DNA of 64,000 nt from Marsupella aquatica (taxonomy: Eukaryota > Plantae > Marchantiophyta), in the NCBI GenBank assembly GCA_973895155.1, contig OZ316899.1, positions 5,459,241 to 5,523,240 on the forward strand. The letters are read 5' to 3'. Both the position numbers and the translations under genes were made by a program. Of this stretch, positions 12,106 to 25,326 are shown piece by piece (within the stretch, counting starts at the first letter, position 1; each line of letters begins with the position of its first letter). The notes below the pieces were generated by a model. The model was not told where the DNA came from and did not search any database. It saw only the letters and a program-made list of their open reading frames with translations.

Positions 12106-15100
12106 CTACTTGTCCATCCTTTGAAGATAATTTTGGACAGTTTGTAGAACATTTTGAGGGATCTTCAAACCTCTGCCCGCCATGTTTTCTTCTTTCATTC
12201 CAGATTTAAAACCATACATTGCAGAATTTGCATACTGCCAATGTTGAGTATTCTCACCAAACCCTGGATCTCGTTCCCATGTCTTAGTGGACATCAAACA
12301 ATTTAGATACCGCGCACTCTCAGTCACATCAAGTTTAGAGTGTTTAGGCCTCCACCATTCAACTGGGAACATTGGAGCGTACTGTCGAGGCAGAGAAGGG
12401 TTTGTTGAAGATGTAGTTGGGACTTCATGCTTTGGGTCCACCAAACCCAAAGCTCTCACCAACCAGAAATGACCTCCACCATTTTTATTCTCCCAATCAT
12501 CCTCGGGTCGAAGAAATACAAAGTTTCCTTCACAAATATCCTGTAAAGGAATCCATCGTCCTTGTTCTCTCTTAGCTCGAGATCCAACAAATGGTGTTGC
12601 TTGATCTTCCATCTCTTCCAAGACCTCATTTTGAAGAGCCGTTATCTCTGCATTCTCCTCATCTTCACTTGGAGGACCACTTTGTTCCGGTTGGTTGACC
12701 TTGTAACCAGTGCCGTGGTTAGTCTTAGGCCAAAATCTGTTTTTCAAGGGAAATTGAGTACTTCCCTCCCCTTCTAGTGCGAGCCCATTTGTCAACAACT
12801 CCACAATTCTCTCCCAATATTTCACAAGAGGAAATCTTTCCTTATATGCTATAGATGTCTCATCAGTGCAACTCCTTCTAAAAAAATCAAGGTACTTGTT
12901 AAGAAATGGGATAATCTCTTCAGATTTTTTGTGTATCTCTCCAATGGATTTAGCTAAGGGCTCTCCACTAGGTAAAAGAAGAGAATTTGTTGTCAGATCT
13001 GTTGCCCAAATGCACCTTCCACCAACTGGAGCCCAAGCTTGCTTTACATGGGACTTATACTGAAATATTGGTACATTATCTCTCATAGAGAAAAGAAATG
13101 ATACAGGTTTTGAGTGACCTTGAATATCTTTCACCTTGAAAGTTTGAAGATATTCTTTGTAAGATGCAACTTCTTGTATCAATCTGGGAACTGGATGAAT
13201 GCTCTCGCATTCCCATACCTCTGCAACTTCTTTGTGCTGAACTTGATATGATACCTTTGAAAAGAGTGCATCAACATCTTCGTGCGTATGACCAACCATT
13301 AGAAAAGACATTTGAACAGTTTCAAATACTCCTCTACTCACAAGCTCGCTACAAAATGCCATGACAATCTGGTTTTTGTTGTCCTTTGCTGAATTATCCA
13401 TCTGCAATGTTAGGTGCCTTGGCAAGGGCTTGAACGATGGACTTCCTTGCTCTCCTTGCATGTCTTCTCCTTCATCCTCATCTTGTTGGTTTGGGACGGT
13501 CTCAGTCCGACTCTCAGCTCCATCTTCAGAACCAATATACCTATTCACCGGATATTCTTGGTTCCAAATAACCCGTCAAAAATGCTTCAAAGTCAAGTAG
13601 GGCTTGAAAGAAAGGTCTGTGACGTTCCCAATGAAGGCCATCCAACATGTCACCTGTCTTGTCTCCATTGTACTCTTCAAGGTCTCGAAGACACTTAGCC
13701 AAGGATGTCACTGTGAAATCGGCATCCTCTGGCCAAAGGCCAGTGACACTAAAGTGTGCATAAACTCCTGGATCCCTCCCGTGGGTCAACATCCCTGTGA
13801 GAGCAATAGGTAGCGGCATTCCATGACCCGAAAGAGATTTAGGAGTACTAACCATTTTTGGAATCCATGTCTTTGCTTGATCCATCTTGTCATGAATAAT
13901 GCAAAGATATTCTCCTGGGTGTTGTTTGGCCATCACTCAATGAGCGTAGTAAACATATCTACGTGACATTTGCTCACAAAGATGTTGCGCTCGCTTTTCT
14001 TCAATTTCAGCACGTTCTTTTTTCCTTCTTTCTCGCATCAAACTGTCTTTGTATTCACAACAAAGAGTACACTTGGCAAATGCACCATCTTTATGAAAAC
14101 TGAAGTTTGCAAATGAGTTGCTCCAGATCTTGTAGAGAGTATTCTCTGTGACAGGAGGAAGCCCTTCTTCCTTTATCTTTGTTCTCACATCTTCCAGAAT
14201 CTCTAGCTTCTTGTAACACGCCGGAAGACGGTACTCAATAGAGTCTTCCCATGTGCCCCTCCATAAGGCATATGAGGCATGGGCTCTGCATTTCGAGTCA
14301 AAAAAGCCTCCAACAGAGCTCGTGCATGCAAGGTATTTGCCCTTGTTTTCATCAAGCCCGTATTGCCATGGAACCCAATTTTGCAACCCTCCACATATCT
14401 CCTTTTGTAATCATAATATTTGGTGTGGCTAAAACCGTGGATAATTGCAAATGCATGTCTGCATACGACCATACCCTTAAGAACATGGTGTCCCTTATCA
14501 CAAACATCATCCTCTCTATAGTGAAAGAGGTTGAAAATGTGTGACGTTTTTGACTCGCTTGACATCCCATGAAATTCCATCCTAATATCTTCGATGTTTT
14601 CCCTTGGCATAATGAGACAACATTTTTGCTTGCAACAATTTTCTCTTTTCACATCATCAATTGACGCCTCTGTTGTTTTTGAAATTGCCTTGGTTTCCAA
14701 CAACCTCCTCTTCTTTTCATTCGGATCTACTTGATTCCTCTTGTTGAAATTGTACGGCCTTGAACGTAGTACTCCTCTATCACTTACATCCGCATTGAGT
14801 TCATCCCTATCCATTGAGTCCATCCTCTCAGAACCTTCCACCAAAATGTCTGACAAAATTTTTCCATTTGCAACTAGTTTTGTTGAATCAATCCGCCATC
14901 GAATCAAACTCACTACTCCCTTGTGGATGTTGGGAAAGTATTGTGCTGCCACGACATCTTTCACAACAATCCCAACATGGTCATCACCAAGAATTTCATC
15001 ATCAACTGCTGCTGTCACTTGAGGGACAGTGATCGTTCCAGTGGCAACCATTTTGGTTCGATCCAAATCAGTGTAGAGTTCAACCAACTCTGACATCCAG

Positions 15101-15861
15101 TTTGCCCGATGAAAATAGTCACACTTAGTGTCCGTGGTGTTCGCCGAACAAGACTGTGAAACAAAATTTGCCTTGTCCTTCTGCTTCTTAGAGGAAGATT
15201 TGTTGCTCCCATCAATATCAACATTCCATACTTTATTGTGGACGTCAACCACATCCCATAGAACCCAAGAGCCCTTTGCCTCTTCAATTGTTGCAGCTCC
15301 ACCATGTGCGTAAGGTAAAGTCTTACTACCATGAATCACATCTGTGACTTTTACACTAACCCGAGACTCACTGAGTAATATGTTATGACATCTCTCCATT
15401 GGATCGGTCTTGAAAACAACTCCAAAGGCCACACAATGGCTAGAGATAAACATTTCAACCTCATCGCCTGGCCTTAGGGTGGTCAAAGCATCCTCCTCTA
15501 CATTTGCAAAAGTATGGATGTTGTTATCTTTTTGAGTCGAACAACTACCAATACTGATGCATTTTTGAGTAATCTTATCCGCAGATCAATATGCACATGA
15601 CATATCCCAAATGACACATGAGTCAATGGCATCATGAAGATTTTCTGCCCTAGGCATTGGAAAAGGGAGCTTCCTAGTCTCACCAAAGGCCTTCTCAATG
15701 AGAACCCCAATTTGATTCTCTCCTAGCACAATATTTTGAACACTCTCTCGCGGATCTGTCTTTTGAACTGTCCCATTTCCAACATCGTAACCATCGATTG
15801 TCAAGGTAACATCATCGCCCCTAGAAAACCTTTGAGACATCCTTTTCCTATTTTCCTGCAC
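12106..15861 (-). pseudogene. Sola-like DDD transposase with N-terminal repeated small domain (TnpA/DUF8039-like, three copies) and Cys-rich region
   Basis: ORFs 15586-15861, 14203-15486 (VAFGVVFKTDP...KGSWVLWD repeats; CCKQKCC, VCRHAF), 13937-14386 (CTLCC...H), 13541-13936 (IIHDKMDQAK), 12106-13548 (QMDNSAKDNKN, GHTHEDVD); frameshifts/stops. Confidence 0.85.
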
Positions 15862-15904
15862 ACTGAAAAAAATGGATTAAATCCAAACTCATGCAAATTT
15901 TGAT

Positions 15905-16710
15905 TCAGACTACTATCCTCCAATTTCGGATTTGGACTAGGACCATCCGAGTCCGGATTTGGACCGGGACCATCCAAGTCTGGATTAGGACTGCAATCCT
16001 CCGAGTCTGGATTTGGACTCCGATCCTCCGATTCTGGATTTGGCCTGGGACCATCAGAGTCCGGATTTGGACCGGGACCATCCAAGTTCGGATTTGGACT
16101 GCAATCCTCCGAGTCTGGATTTGGACTACAATCCTCCGATTCTGGATTTGGACTGGGACCATCCGAGTCCGGATTTGGACCGGGACCATCCAAGTCCGGA
16201 TTTGGACTGCAATCCTTCGAGTCTGAATTTGGACTACGATCCTCCGATTCTGGATTTGGACTGGGACCATCCCAATCCAAACTAGGACTAGGACCATCCC
16301 AATCCAAACTAGGACTTGGACCATCCAAGTCCAAACCTGGACTCTGACCATCCCAATCCAAACTTGGACTTGGACCATCCCAATCCAAACTTGGACTCAG
16401 ACCATCCCAATCCAAACTAGGACTTAGACCATCCAAGTCCAAACTAGGACTCGGACCATCCCAATCCAAAGTTGGACTCGGACCATCCTAATCCAAAGTT
16501 GGACTCGGATGATCCCAATCCAAAGTTGGACTAGGACCATCGTAATCCAAAGTTGGACTCGGACCATCCCAATCCAAACTAGGACTTGGACCATCCAAGT
16601 TCAAACTTGGACTCGTATGACCCCAATCCAAAGTTGGACTCAGATGATCCCAATGCAAACTTGGACTAGGACCATCCGAATCCAAACTTGGACTAGGACC
16701 ATCCTAGACC
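15905..16710. repeat. Tandem array of ~30 27-bp units, each an imperfect palindrome TTGGACTnGGA-CCA-TCCnAnTCCAA; 108-bp higher-order repeat in left half
   Basis: 9-aa periodicity in spurious translations (DWDGPSPSL); direct reading of sequence. Confidence 0.93.
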
Positions 16711-17959
16711 AACCCATGATGTAATGGGAGATAAACTTCAAACATCTTAAGCTAAGAAAAATCCAAATTTAGGAAGACCCCGTATTTTACGGATCTCCCT
16801 AGATATGGTGTAGCCTAAAGTTTGCGTGGTCTTAAGGCAGACCCTAATGTCTACATACAGTTTCATGAAATAATGGAACCTTATATTTGAATGCATTAAC
16901 CTTATACTCACCTTAGTATTAAGATCTGGTAGAAGATGAATATCACATCCAAGGGGTATACATTGTTGTTTGAATAATGGTAAAAACTTCCCAGATTCTT
17001 GAAATACAAGCTATATGCCACTAAATCTTGGGAGTAAAAAACAAACTGAACCCTAAACCACACATGTCTGTAAAAGATAAACTGAGAGGACTCCAAAAGT
17101 CAAGAAGCTGGCTAAGCTGACCCAATGAAGGTAAGTGGCTCAATACATAACACTTTAAGAGAAACTCCCTCCGGATTACATGGAGCTTAGATTTGGGAAA
17201 CTAGAACAAGAATGAGCTCCGAAGTGGGCGTCTCCCAAATTATACCCTTCGCTCGAGTCGGCTCAACCGGAAATCGCGTGAAGATAAGGGTTGAGTACGC
17301 GTTCACCTTAGCTTGCGGACACACCTTATCTTCACGAGCCTAATTGCACGGGGACTACCATGGAAGGCTGTTAGGTAGGCAGGACATCAAGGAAGGAGGC
17401 CGTATGCAAGGTGAGGGCAACGGGCCGTACGCCAGAGCAGGCCGTACGCAGTAGAAGGAGGCAACTGGCCGTACACAGGCCGGGGTGAGGCAGGAGGGGG
17501 TAAAGGGACAGAGAGGTCCAGCCAGGACCTCATTCTCATTCTCTCACTTCTCGCTCTCTCGCTCTCTCGCTCTCCTCCTCACTCTCTCACTCTCCTCTCG
17601 CTCTCCTTGCTCTCTGCTCTCCGCTCTCTCTCCGCTCTCCGTTCTCTCTCTGCGTCCTTGCCTCCGCTTGCCTCCGCCTGCCTCCGCCTGCCTCCGCCTG
17701 CCTCCGCCTTCCACCTTCCACCTCCATTATTTTTTATTGCCCTAGATCGGATGCCTGCTAAGCCGCCACGTGTCATGCTGCCATGTGTTAGAAAGATGGA
17801 AGCGAATCGCGTCCTTGTGATGTCCTATGTGGAAGAAACGGAGGAGTTTGACCTCTCCTCTATGAGCGACAGTGTGGAACTGGCACTCAAAGACTCTAGA
17901 CAATTTCAATCACGAATCCCTAGTAAGTATCCATCACCTATCCTCCCTAAGTCTTAGAG

Positions 17960-18192
17960 GACTGGGACCATTCGAGTCCAAAGTTGGACTCGGACCATCC
18001 CAATCCAAACTTGGACTCGGACCATCCCAATCCAAACTTGGACTCGGATGATTCCAATCTAAAGTTGGACTCGGACCATCCCAATCCAAAGTTGGACTCG
18101 GATGATCCTAATCCATCTAAGAGATTGAATCCCGATTGTAGGAGCAAGTCTAAAACCATCTCAAGTTGGACTAGGACCATCCTAATCCAACA
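17960..18192. repeat. Intronic array of the same 27-bp palindromic unit (~6-8 copies)
   Basis: ttggactcggaccatcccaatccaaa repeated inside predicted intron 17923-18251. Confidence 0.88.
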
Positions 18193-19975
18193 AGAGTTAT
18201 TCGAATGTTTTAAAGGTTTCAAGTCTAACATGGATGACGTTTATGATGCAGGGAGCGATCTTGTTGTTTTCAAACCCGCGATTGCACCGACCCACTGCCT
18301 GGACGGATTCTTACTAGATGAGAGATCCCCACGCTTTTGATGGGGGCTTGAGTTCTCAAGAACCCCGCTTAATAATGAAGTGCCATCAACCATGATTGAA
18401 CTTGTTTTGACCTTAAAGTGCAGAGGAAATGATAGCCTGACTTTTGTTTGCGGACCTGTGGTCTCTGTTGGCATTGGAGGGAGAGGGATGAATACGGTCA
18501 TTCTCGAGATGCACGATAAGTCCTGTTGGGTTAAAGTTAACCTTCTGTCAAAGGCATACTCCTCTGAATTCAATGTCGAATGGCACGCAAGTGGGGAATT
18601 GAGCGTTTTGTCAATGGGATTTTTTCCAAAGACCTATGACACAAAGAAGTTGGTTGCCGGGGTAACTGGTATGCTTCCAGTCGACATTATGTATGGGTTT
18701 CAATATTTGAAACTCAATATGATGAAGCACCAAGGCAATTTTTCTTTTGCAACTACCTGGACGTTAAGCAATTTACTTGAGAAAGCTGGATTGTTATCGT
18801 TGGAGTCGGAGGAGCCTGGTGTTTTAATTGATAAGGATGTTGCATTTGCTCCCAAGTTTGATTTAGTCAAAGCAAAGCAATGGATAGAGTCTTTGTCCAA
18901 GACGAGAAAGTTTCCAGCGGTGAATACAAACCCTATGCCCGAGAAAGCGCCAGAGAAAGCTCCAGAACCTACAACAGAGACCGCAGGAACTACAGCAGCG
19001 ACCTCTCAAAGAGCAGTGGGAAAACAAAAACAAAGCCAAAGGAAACCTCCGGTTGAGAAGAAACTTCCAGTTGAGAAGCCGAGTTGAGAAGCCAGTTGAG
19101 AAGCCAGTTGAGAAGCCGAGTACGAGAAGCCGAGTACGAGAAGCCGAGTTGAGAAGCCAGTTGAGAAGAAACGTCCGGTTGAGAAGCCGAGTGCAAGTGA
19201 AAAGAGACCAAGACAGAAGAAGAAACATAAAATTGACAGTGCCATCATGGATGACACTACAGAAAACCTGACAGTGCATTCACAAGATGTGGACGAGCAG
19301 TTGGATGCTCCTGAGGAGAAGAAGGTCTTAGAAGGTAATGAGGTATTGCAACAAATGGAGCAATATTATACGTTTGGGATCAATTCGATATTTTCTATTC
19401 CTGTAGACAGTAGTTTCCCTGCGTCGGCAAGACTCTATTACAGAATGTTGAATGCATAACATGTAAAGGAGGTGGCCAATTCCATGATAAGAAATCCGGG
19501 GCATGAACCACACATAGCAGACTTGATTCCTTACACTACAAAACATAGAAACCTAATGCAGTATGACAACACAGAATCAGATAGGAGGGACTTTGTAGCA
19601 GCCGTGAAAAAGGGCGAGGTTCAATTCCTTGCCATTAGCGGTCAACATTCGGCTAGAGCAGCCAGATGGATTCGAGAATGGGCAAACAAGGATGCCAAGC
19701 TGACAGCATTGGCAAAAAAGCTGGAATTTTGAAAGTCAAGAATATTATCTCATCGAACACCATCGTCAATATTAGTTGAGCATTCAATGCGATCTAATGC
19801 GATCAATAGCACGATGGTGTTTCAGTCATGCTTCAAAGATATAGTCATTCATGCTAGGCGACAATTTGTGGAATGTGGAAAACCTAGCCGGCCAAAACAT
19901 GGGGACAACAAAACAAACGCTCAAGACAATCAAAAATTTCATGTATGAAGTGTTATTGCTTGATGGGTACAATAC

Positions 19976-20375
19976 CGTAGATTCATGCACATTCAGTAGA
20001 ATATTTCCACTGATATCGCCTAGTTTTGCGTTGGACTGGGATGGTCCCAATCCAAATGGATTCATGCACATTCAGTAGAATCTTTGTCCACTGATATCGT
20101 CTAGTTTTGTGTTGGACTAGGATGGTCCCAGTCCAAATGGATTCATGCACATTCAGTAGAATATTTCCACTGATATTGCCTAGTTTTGCGTTGGACTGGG
20201 ATGGTCCCAGTCCAAATGGATTCATACACATTCAATAGATTATTTTTCCACTGATACTGTCTAGTTTTGTTCTGGACTGGGATGGTCCCAGTCCAAACTA
20301 AATCATGCACATTCAATAGAATATTTCCACTAATATTGTCTAGTTCTGTGTTGGACTGGATGGTCTCAGTCTGCA
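19976..20375. repeat. Intronic ~80-bp tandem repeat (5 units), each holding the 25-bp palindrome
   Basis: Palindromes at 20031, 20112, 20191 (perfect TTGGACTGGGA-TGG-TCCCAGTCCAA), 20272, 20351. Confidence 0.92.
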
Positions 20376-23060
20376 CCTGAGTGCTATCAAACAATTGAGT
20401 TATGGAGAACTAACAGAGTTTCCTTTGCAATTGTAGGATTGGTTGGCTCTTGCAAGAATGACCATGGGAAGGAAAGATTGTCGAAATGTTTACTGGTTAC
20501 TGTTTGCGGACGATGCTCTTTTTGAGTTATGGAGTTTGGTATGCCAGTTGTGGTTGGATGGGAAACTTCCCGATGGAGCTGGGGTAGAAGGAAATGAGAA
20601 GTCTGAAAAAGCAATTACTATTGCCATGTTTTGTTGTTTTGATGGTGAGTTGATCTCACAACGAGACATCACAAGAATACTGACGCGGGTGAAGTCAGGA
20701 AAGGTATTGCTAAAGAAAGATGCCTCTAATAAATCAGACATGCCATCTATAGAGGAGTTGGCCAAAGATGTGAAGATCGTGCGGAAACTGAAGTCCCTTA
20801 TTGAAGACTACTATTGCACCAAGGATGCGGTGAATTTCCCGACAAATACTAATTGGGGGAAAGTAGTGGAGGTTCTTCCTACGCTAGCAATTGATTCAAA
20901 GTTCAGCAGGTGTCGAAGAGCCGCTGGCGAGGTCTATCTTGCCAACCTTTTAAAACCAAATCATACGCGGGATAGCGCAATCTTGCCAACGGCATTGGCA
21001 TTCCGCCTAGATGATATATACTACCAGAAATTTGGCGGAGGTTCATGTTCTCGGACCCTACCATGGGCTACATTTTTTAGCGACAATCTCATGAAGACCA
21101 TTGATCCAGAGTCATTGCAAGAAGCTCCTCCGACCTGCCCTCTTGCCATTGTTGATTTTAGCCGGCTTCCGCAAAAACAATGGACTGAAGCAGAGATTCT
21201 TGTTCTCTTTGAATACATTGTGGAGCTTCCACAAAATCCCACAATTGTTGTGACGATAACAGTTCATCCTCGACAACTTGCATTGAATGTCCATGGTGCC
21301 CTTCGTAAACTGGGACAAGAGAAAGCTTTGACCATTCACATTGAGTATGGGAGTTATTCTCGAGATGATCAATCGCACCCTCATGACTCATGTTGGGGTG
21401 GGGGGATTGAAGAAGTTATCTTTGCGGGGATTTCTCGAGATGAAGACGTCAATTGGAATGAAGTTTTCAAGCCCAACTATCCAAAGCCAAAATTCTTGTA
21501 TACTGCAAAGGATGTTGATTACAAAGTATGCAAGATCGACAAGGGAAAGGGGAAGGCTAAGGAATCAGATGAGGGGACACAAAACGACGACCTAAAAGTG
21601 GTTTTGGACCCGGAAGAGGCCGTCAAGATTATGAATATGGCCCCTCGATTTGAGACAGATGGCAGTCGCAGAGGGTGGGTTAATCCTCATGCCAAACCCA
21701 CGCGGATGATCCGAAGGATTATTGAATCCTTGTCAGAACCGGGAGATTTGGTTCTAGATTTTTTCTCCGGTGGCCAAGTCATGAAGACATCATTTTTTTG
21801 CAATAGGGAATGCTTTGTTTATTGTGACTCTCACTCCGAGAGGCATTTTGTGGAAGCTTTTGCTTCCTACCTTTGCGAGAGAGTTCCCTCACTTAAAGCT
21901 CATTGTGAATCACTTGCTGAAAATTCTCGACAATGGGCTACCATTGTTGCGGCTGTAGCTGTCGCTGTTGAATCCGATGGCTCTGAGTCTGAAGATGTTG
22001 CTGACAAAGTGGCTGAAGGCGTAGAGGCATCAAAGGAGGCATATGTCAAGAATTTGGATGACCGTGTTGGTCAAGGTGAGCCTTACGATGTAGATGATGA
22101 TATTGGACTTGCACCAAACTGTTCATCTGGTTTAGATGACATCCCTCCGGGGCCCAATGAAGTTCAAGTTGATGATAACTTGGACAAGGATGATCCCAAT
22201 CCAACAACGCCGAGAGGACAGATGGAGCAACTGGAAGGAGCAAGGGTTGATACGTTTGATCATCTTTCTTCAACCAATCTGATCAATGAAGGCGCAACGA
22301 GGCTCGAAGATTCAAATGAAGCTGAAACTAAAGAATTGACTCGGGGGGAGACCGAGGGGGAGACTGGCGGATTGCCTGACATTCCAATCAATCCAGGAGG
22401 AAATACATCAACGGCTGCTGACAACCAGGCAGGTGCTTCAACTTGTCCTGACACACTCTTTTCAGCTTCTGATGACAAATTGGTGTTCGTTCGTTCACAC
22501 TCGGGGAGTCCTATTGTCCTTCCGCTCTCAAAAAAGAAAGGAAATAGAGTTGGATCAACTGGATGGAGGTCATTGGAATGCGATGCACGATGTTACGTGT
22601 GGAAAAGTGGGCCAAATCGAGGCCAAGAAATATCATTGGATGCTGCTCCTTCAATTCTCAATAAGGAGGAGTATAAGAGTGGAGAATTGGGGTTGATAAC
22701 TCCTGTTTGGACTTCACCTTATTGGGTAGAACAAAGTACTTCAGATGTCAATTTTGAAATCCAACAGGAGCTTGGTGCTGACATGATTATTGATGAATAC
22801 GGATCTCTTATTTCGGAATGAAATTCAGCCTTTGACTTTGTATTTATTCATATCAATCTAAAATACTTCTCGGTCTCACAGAATGCACTCACTAATTAAA
22901 GTCTCCATATCCGTCTACACATTGTGAGGCTTCTAAAAACGGTATGTAGGTTAATTTTATTTGTTGTCAGCCATTGTCTTGTATTTTTGGACTGAGACAA
23001 TCCTAATCCAAAGTTCACTTTTGGTCTTTTCTCTGAGAATGGTGTTTGGTGCACTTGCAG

Positions 23061-24094
23061 AATCGAGACCTGGTCCCCTCAAGCGGAAGTTGCTGATTTT
23101 GGACCTTAATAAAATACTTTGGGATTCTATTGAATTCCAAAGCAAGGGCACATCCAGGAATATTGTCACCTCAAGTGGAGTGCATTGGGATAGATCAAAT
23201 GGAACTAGTCGCATGTATACAGAGAGGCCAGGGCTCCATGAGTTTCTAAAGTTGGTTTTTGACCGGTTTGACGTTGCAATTTGGACATGTGCTGGGATGC
23301 GCGAACAGTGAAAATGTTGAACATGATGTTCACAATTGAGGAGCGGTTGAAACTGAAGTTTGTATTCACACAAGTGGAAGCCTTTGACACAGGCATTCAA
23401 AGGCGTGACATTACAAATGGAAAGGCAAATGTGCTATTGAAGGATTTTCGGGTGGTATGGAGTGCATTTGGAAATCTATATGATGAAACCAACACATTCC
23501 TTGTGGATGACTCCCCCTTGAAGGCATTTGCCAACCCAGACATGACCGGACTATTTCCAGTTCCCTACACGCATGCCAATCGTGGAGACAATTTTCTTCT
23601 AACAATTCTTTGGCCATGTCTTGAGAAACTATCCCATGCAAGTGACATTTGTTGTTATCTTCTCCTAAACTCTCCAAAGTGGTCTCTATTGCACATTAAG
23701 AGAGACAAGGCAAAAAATGAGATTACTTATGATCAACTTAGTAAGAGATGTGCAACAAAAATTTGGAAGTCATAGTATAGGCATAGTGTGCTGGACCTCA
23801 ATAGCAATGAGATTCCTTGGGCTGTGAAGCACCGTATGTAGCTTACGTCCTGAGGTGGAACTTGACGATGCACTTGTCACCTCACTTGCTAGATCATTTG
23901 TAGGACGGGAATATTCAGGTTTGTATAGAGAAAATCCTAGACACTTTTTGCGGGAGATTATAGCAGTTAGGAACAACACCACCAAATTTCATCTCCCTGA
24001 AGATAAAGGGACTTGCAACCGTGACATTAGGGTAGATAGTAAAGGAGACAAAGGCACGTGCTCAAATAAATATTGTAAGGAGCACTTTGTTTAG
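23061..24094 (+). pseudogene. FCP1/NIF-family HAD phosphatase-like protein (Sola cargo)
   Basis: KRKLLILDLNKIL, RPGLHEFL, VAIWTCA, LLKDFRVVW, NTFLVDDSPLKAFANP across ORFs 22961-23311 and 23281-23775 (frameshift); tail 23855-24094. Confidence 0.8.
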
Positions 24095-25000
24095 AGATCT
24101 GACTCATGTTAAGCCCATTAGATAGTAAAAATGGGTGCCAGCCCTGGATATTCATTGTAAGTTTGGACACAATTGTATATAATTATTTTCACACATTATC
24201 AATCAATGGTCCTTGCCTGGGCTTCTTTGTGCGGAAATGTTTTTACAAGTATGATCTCTATCCCATGGTTCTTTGTGAACTAATAAGTAATATAATACTA
24301 TTATAATTAATATATTATATTATATTATATTAATATAATACTAATAAGATTTGGCCTATAAAGTGTACATTTAGGGTATCAAAAAGTGTACATTTGGGCT
24401 TCGTAAAGTGTACATTTGGGGACATAAAAGACATTTCAGGACTGATTTGTGAACAAAAGAAAATACACTTTTAATGAATAGGCTGATGGAACCAACTCCA
24501 ATTCTTGTGGGATGATTTCAAGTAAGGTTTTACCAACAATATTTGCAACATGCCTGACTAAGTCCATAGTGTATTCTGATGCTGGTTCCTCATACCAAAC
24601 CAGTGGGTGCTGTCTTTTCTCATGGACCCTTTGTTGTAATGGTCTAGGTTGGGGAGATACGCCCAACCCACTTGTTTGTCTTTCATAATCTCATCGGACC
24701 AAGGCCCTCCAGGTAGGTATTTTTCTTCCTCAACATTGGGTCCTATTACTGGATTATGCCTTTGTTCCCAAGAATGCCTTTAAAACTTTGATCAATTGAC
24801 TCCTCCAAAAGTTGGATGTTATGGCATTTGGGGGTGACAAGGGTGATTCTTGATATACCATGTTACTCCTTTTGGGCAAGTTGCCCAATTATGTATCCTG
24901 GCAATTGCGTGCTTGGCTTGAGGCCCATTTGGTCAGCCTGATATCCATCATACTTATCAATCCCCAAAGCCACCAACTCTCCTCCAGCAAATTGTGTGTT

Positions 25001-25326
25001 GGGTATGGCACCCGTGATAGAAAACAGAAATAGGAAACAGGTTTCCTGGTACCAGTAAAAAATTTCCTGTTTCGAACAAAAAATTACTGTTACCAGGAAA
25101 AATGACAATCAAAAAATATTTTCAAAAAAGTCACATTTTCCAAAAACAATTTAAAAAAAATAAATTTGGCTAGCTTTGGGCGCTGGCTAAAAAAACTAAA
25201 AATTCAGAACAAAAAAAAAATTCAAAAAAAATTACCACTCCTTTTCCTGTTAACAGTTTCTATTTCCTGTTACCAGTTTATGTTTGCTGTTACTGTTTGT
25301 TGTTTGCTTTCGTTTGTAAATACCTC
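25001..25326 (+). mobile_element. MULE-family MITE
   Basis: Left end GGGTATGGCACCCGTG like the autonomous MULE ends; right end ...TAAATACCTC; perfect 8-bp TSD TGTGTGTT (24993-25000, 25327-25334); degenerate palindrome at 25171-25185. Confidence 0.85.

Larger units (their letters stand above)
17751..22821 (+). pseudogene. ParB/Srx-like domain + beta-class N4C/N6A DNA-methyltransferase-fold protein (Sola cargo), 3 predicted exons
   Basis: Predicted introns 17923-18251 and 19943-20437 (GT-AG); VEKP low-complexity linker 19040-19195; ParB-like FSIPVD...YRMLN..HVKEVANSM...FLAISGQHSARAA (19634-19651); NPHAKPTRMIRRIIESLSEPGDLVLDFFSGG (MTase motifs X-I, 21680-21774); a few stops/frameshift. Confidence 0.72.
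11495..24487. mobile_element. 13-kb Sola-like (DDD) DNA transposon carrying cargo genes
   Basis: 26-bp perfect TIRs ATCAGCCTATTCATTAAAAGTGTATT (11495-11520 / 24462-24487); 4-bp TSD GGAA (11491-11494, 24488-24491); transposase with LQMDNSAKDNKN and FLMVGHTHEDVD motifs; subterminal TGTACA repeats at both ends. Confidence 0.88.

Noticed and set aside
15801-16724. Pro/Asp-rich repeat ORFs (e.g. 15801-16469, 222 aa)
   Set aside because: Open in several frames on both strands because a 27-bp tandem unit lacks stops; the same unit occurs in predicted introns, so not called coding.
19976-20375. CRISPR-like array (palindromic repeat with ~55-bp spacers)
   Set aside because: Spacers are near-identical copies, there are no cas genes, and the context is a spliceosomal intron; it is a tandem repeat.
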